NCBI GenBank assembly: GCA_018985225.1
Contig: JADGIF010000347.1
Location: 1 to 10,402 of the forward strand
DNA: 10,402 bases
Reading direction: 5' to 3'
DNA from: Amoeboradix gromovi X-113
Taxonomy: Eukaryota > Fungi > Sanchytriomycota
The notes beneath the pieces are model-generated. The model was not told where the DNA came from. It saw only the letters and a program-made list of their open reading frames with translations, and made no database searches. Of the stretch, positions 7,753 to 10,402 are shown piece by piece; positions within the stretch are counted from its first letter, which is position 1, and each line of letters opens with the position of its first letter. Position numbers and translations under genes: made by a program.

Positions 7753-10048
7753 TTAACTCATCATTTCTTGATATGCATTTTCCATTTGTTCTGAATAGTT
7801 TTCTTTATCTTCTACTAGTTTTAGCAGCAGAAACGAAACATCACACCATTTTGATGTCGCCTTTGTTATTGTGTACTCATTCACAGCCATATTCCAACTT
7901 GTTACCATAAACCATACAATTTCATCTTGTGGCAGATCCGATTTTCTCTCTAATAAAAGACTAAAATATCTACTCAGATCCTCTTTCTTACGATTCTTTG
8001 CCATATAACTTATAAACAACCTCATACCCAATGCAATGTTTGCGATATCCTCATCTTTGAATAAACAATTCACCAGTAGTTCCAGTTCTAAATTATTGTA
8101 AATCACCATTTATGGGTACATCCAAATCCTCCAGATGCTCAAAGACATTCACAATTATTTTGCTACTTTTCAAGGTACCAAAGTTCGTAATACATTTGCA
8201 AACGGCGTCATAATCCTTGAACAGGCAGTATACTTCAAATTCCATTTGTGCTGCAATTTCTACAAGTTCATTCATCTCGTTTTCTGCTATCAACCGGCAA
8301 GCTAACTGAATGTCCCCTACAATTCTGCTGCAATCCTCGTCCAAGTTGCTTTTTATGATCTCACAGCCTACCGAGCTCAAGAATAGCAAAGTGTTGATGC
8401 GCTGCTGCACATCTGGTACAAACACTAAATTCATTCCCAATAGTTTAAATGTGTTTATTGGGTCAAATTCATGGTGCTTTAAACACAGATTCCAAATAAC
8501 ACTAAAAAACCATTTTGAATCATCCACAATGTCCACGTTTCTCAGTATATTTATTATCACAGGTAGCCCTGCATTTACTTTTACTACGAGTCTTAACGCA
8601 GCCCTAGTCAAGCACAAGTCTACTTTGCCACACATGTGCATACTTTCCAGTGCCATTAGTAGCAGCTCTGGTGCTTCTTTTTGGAATGCAAGTGATGCGC
8701 ATCCCACCAGCAATTCTGGTTGCTGCAAATCCTTGATTTTATTTAAAATCTCTTTGCATTTCCCTTGATCATTTGTTAGATTATATTGGAACTGCAAAAA
8801 TAAGTCATCGGTCAAGTCCTTTTTATCTAGTTTATTCATTTGGAGCTTACAAAAACATATTTTACGCTTTAATATGACATGATTTGCATTCTCAGTGTGC
8901 AAGATCCGTAACGAAGGTTCAAAGTACTTCAATGCATTTTCATATGCCATTTCATTGATTAATTCATCTCCTTTGATCCATAACAATACGCAGATACTAT
9001 TTATTAGACTTTGCTGCATCATGTTTTCTATGCAGTCATCTATAAATAGCGTTATTTGTTCAATGTCTTCAGATTCTATTAAAGCAGAGAAGTGCAGAAG
9101 CAAAGTTTTATAGAATATGTCTTTGCATTGCAGAGGGTATTTGCGGCATTTATTTATCAATGATTCAAGCAATGAATTTGCTGATTTAACTGATATTTCA
9201 TGCAACTTGTTGTACAAATCTAAAATATGAGAGTATTGCTCGTTTCTCATATCTATTCCAGGCAAGCACTCAAATATGAACTGGTCTATAGGTATACAAA
9301 TGAAATCAGGCAACATAAGACTGATAACCATGGCACCAAGCAATAAATAAGAACTTGTGGATTTTACTAAAAAAACGCTGCATGACTCAAAGTCGTTGGT
9401 ATTATAGTGCATTATACTAAAATAGAGATAGAATTTACTAACTAGCACAGTGTCTGAGTGAATCATGGGAACAAGTTCATTTAAAAGCACAAACAATGAT
9501 ATATAATTTATGTCACATTGGGGATTTGATTCATAAAGGTAGATCACATAGTTAAATATCTGTTGAGTATTAGGTTTAGTAACTTTGATCTTGCAAATCT
9601 TTTCAAAGAGAAACAGAGATGTCGTCAAATTATTACTTGACCATCCAATTTCAAGGCGGTCAAAGATTAGTGAGAGAATTTGATCCAATGCGCTGATATG
9701 AATCGATTTAGTAGCAAGCATGCCGATTACAATCTCTAGTCTTGGCAAACATGACTGATATATGTATTCCTTGTCGGCTTGATTTAATTCATTAATTAAC
9801 CTGCTTGCCATCGCTAATAGCTTCAGATGAGACTTGGTGTCATGTTTATCTTGATATGATTTTAAAAATAAAATAAATGCACATAACTTGAATTGGGGAT
9901 TTAATTTTTGTTTAATTGTTGTGTTCCAAATTTCTATGCCTACGTCCTCGAGATTTGTACTCAACTTGGACGAATTCAGGAGTAGCTTGCAGTTTTTAAG
10001 CGTAGAAGTAAGATCTCTAGCTTTAAAAAGCTGTCGAAGTTGTTCCAT
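7753..10048 (-). CDS. ZIP4: Meiotic ZMM TPR protein ZIP4/SPO22/TEX11; complement(join(7753..8087,8107..10048)), 758 aa
   Basis: EDVGIEIWN, LLWIKG...YENALKYF..SL, LKRKICFCKLQMNKLDK, WFFSVIWNL and (exon 2) PQDEIVWFMVTSWNMAV..KWC match conserved TEX11/Spo22 blocks as recalled. Confidence 0.88.
8088..8106 (-). other. 19-nt spliceosomal intron (phase 1), GTGATTTACAATAATTTAG
   Basis: GT...AG with an in-frame TAA. Excision gives AAT G|AA CTG (PINELELLV), joining both ZIP4 ORFs. Same length and same TAATTTAG end as the PSS intron. Confidence 0.85.
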
Positions 10049-10402
10049 AAAAGTTAAAACAAAAGCGACGTCAATGGCAAAGATATTTGGCCAATCATCT
10101 TAATTAAAGTCTGGAATCCATTGTGGTTTAATGCACGAGTCGAAGCGTCAAACGAATCTTTTGAATACTGTTAACTATTTACTACTTTGAATATTGAGAG
10201 TTTTTGTTACAGGTTGTTTCGTCCACATTTTGGGACACCAAATATAAAAACTAGACTAACTCGTTTTTAAAGGTGCACCATACGCAGGAAATCATTAATA
10301 AAGATCTTCTTCTATTATACCAATATTCTTTCATTAATGTCATTCTTCTCTTTAAAATAAAACTAGAAGACCCTGCATCTCGTTCAAATATATGAGGTCT
10401 TT

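Noticed and set aside
1062-10103. Numerous short antisense or overlapping ORFs in the track
   Set aside because: Shadows of well-supported genes with no motifs
10049-10402. Gene fragment or hairpin at the right edge; CRE-like GACGTCA and CCAAT upstream of ZIP4
   Set aside because: Only short ORFs, a 6-bp stem and short motifs; insufficient support

Overview
Very compact, mostly AT-rich eukaryotic locus in the standard genetic code. It is probably from an early-diverging fungus or relative with a respiring mitochondrion; a sanchytrid- or chytrid-like lineage is a guess from compaction, an animal-type PSS and an LRR-7TM receptor. It holds seven genes: NTH1 endonuclease III, an orphan coiled-coil protein, a C2H2 zinc-finger protein, ATP synthase subunit d, phosphatidylserine synthase, an LRR + Ser/Thr stalk + class C-like 7TM receptor, and meiotic ZIP4/SPO22/TEX11. 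A TTAA-flanked piggyBac-like MITE candidate sits at the left edge. The most striking signal is miniaturised mRNA processing. PSS and ZIP4 are each split by a 19-nt GT-AG intron, and the two introns match at 15/19 positions (GTRATWWACAMTAATTTAG). All seven stop codons overlap or abut an A(A/G)TAAA poly(A)-like hexamer, and convergent genes are only 14 and 19 bp apart.
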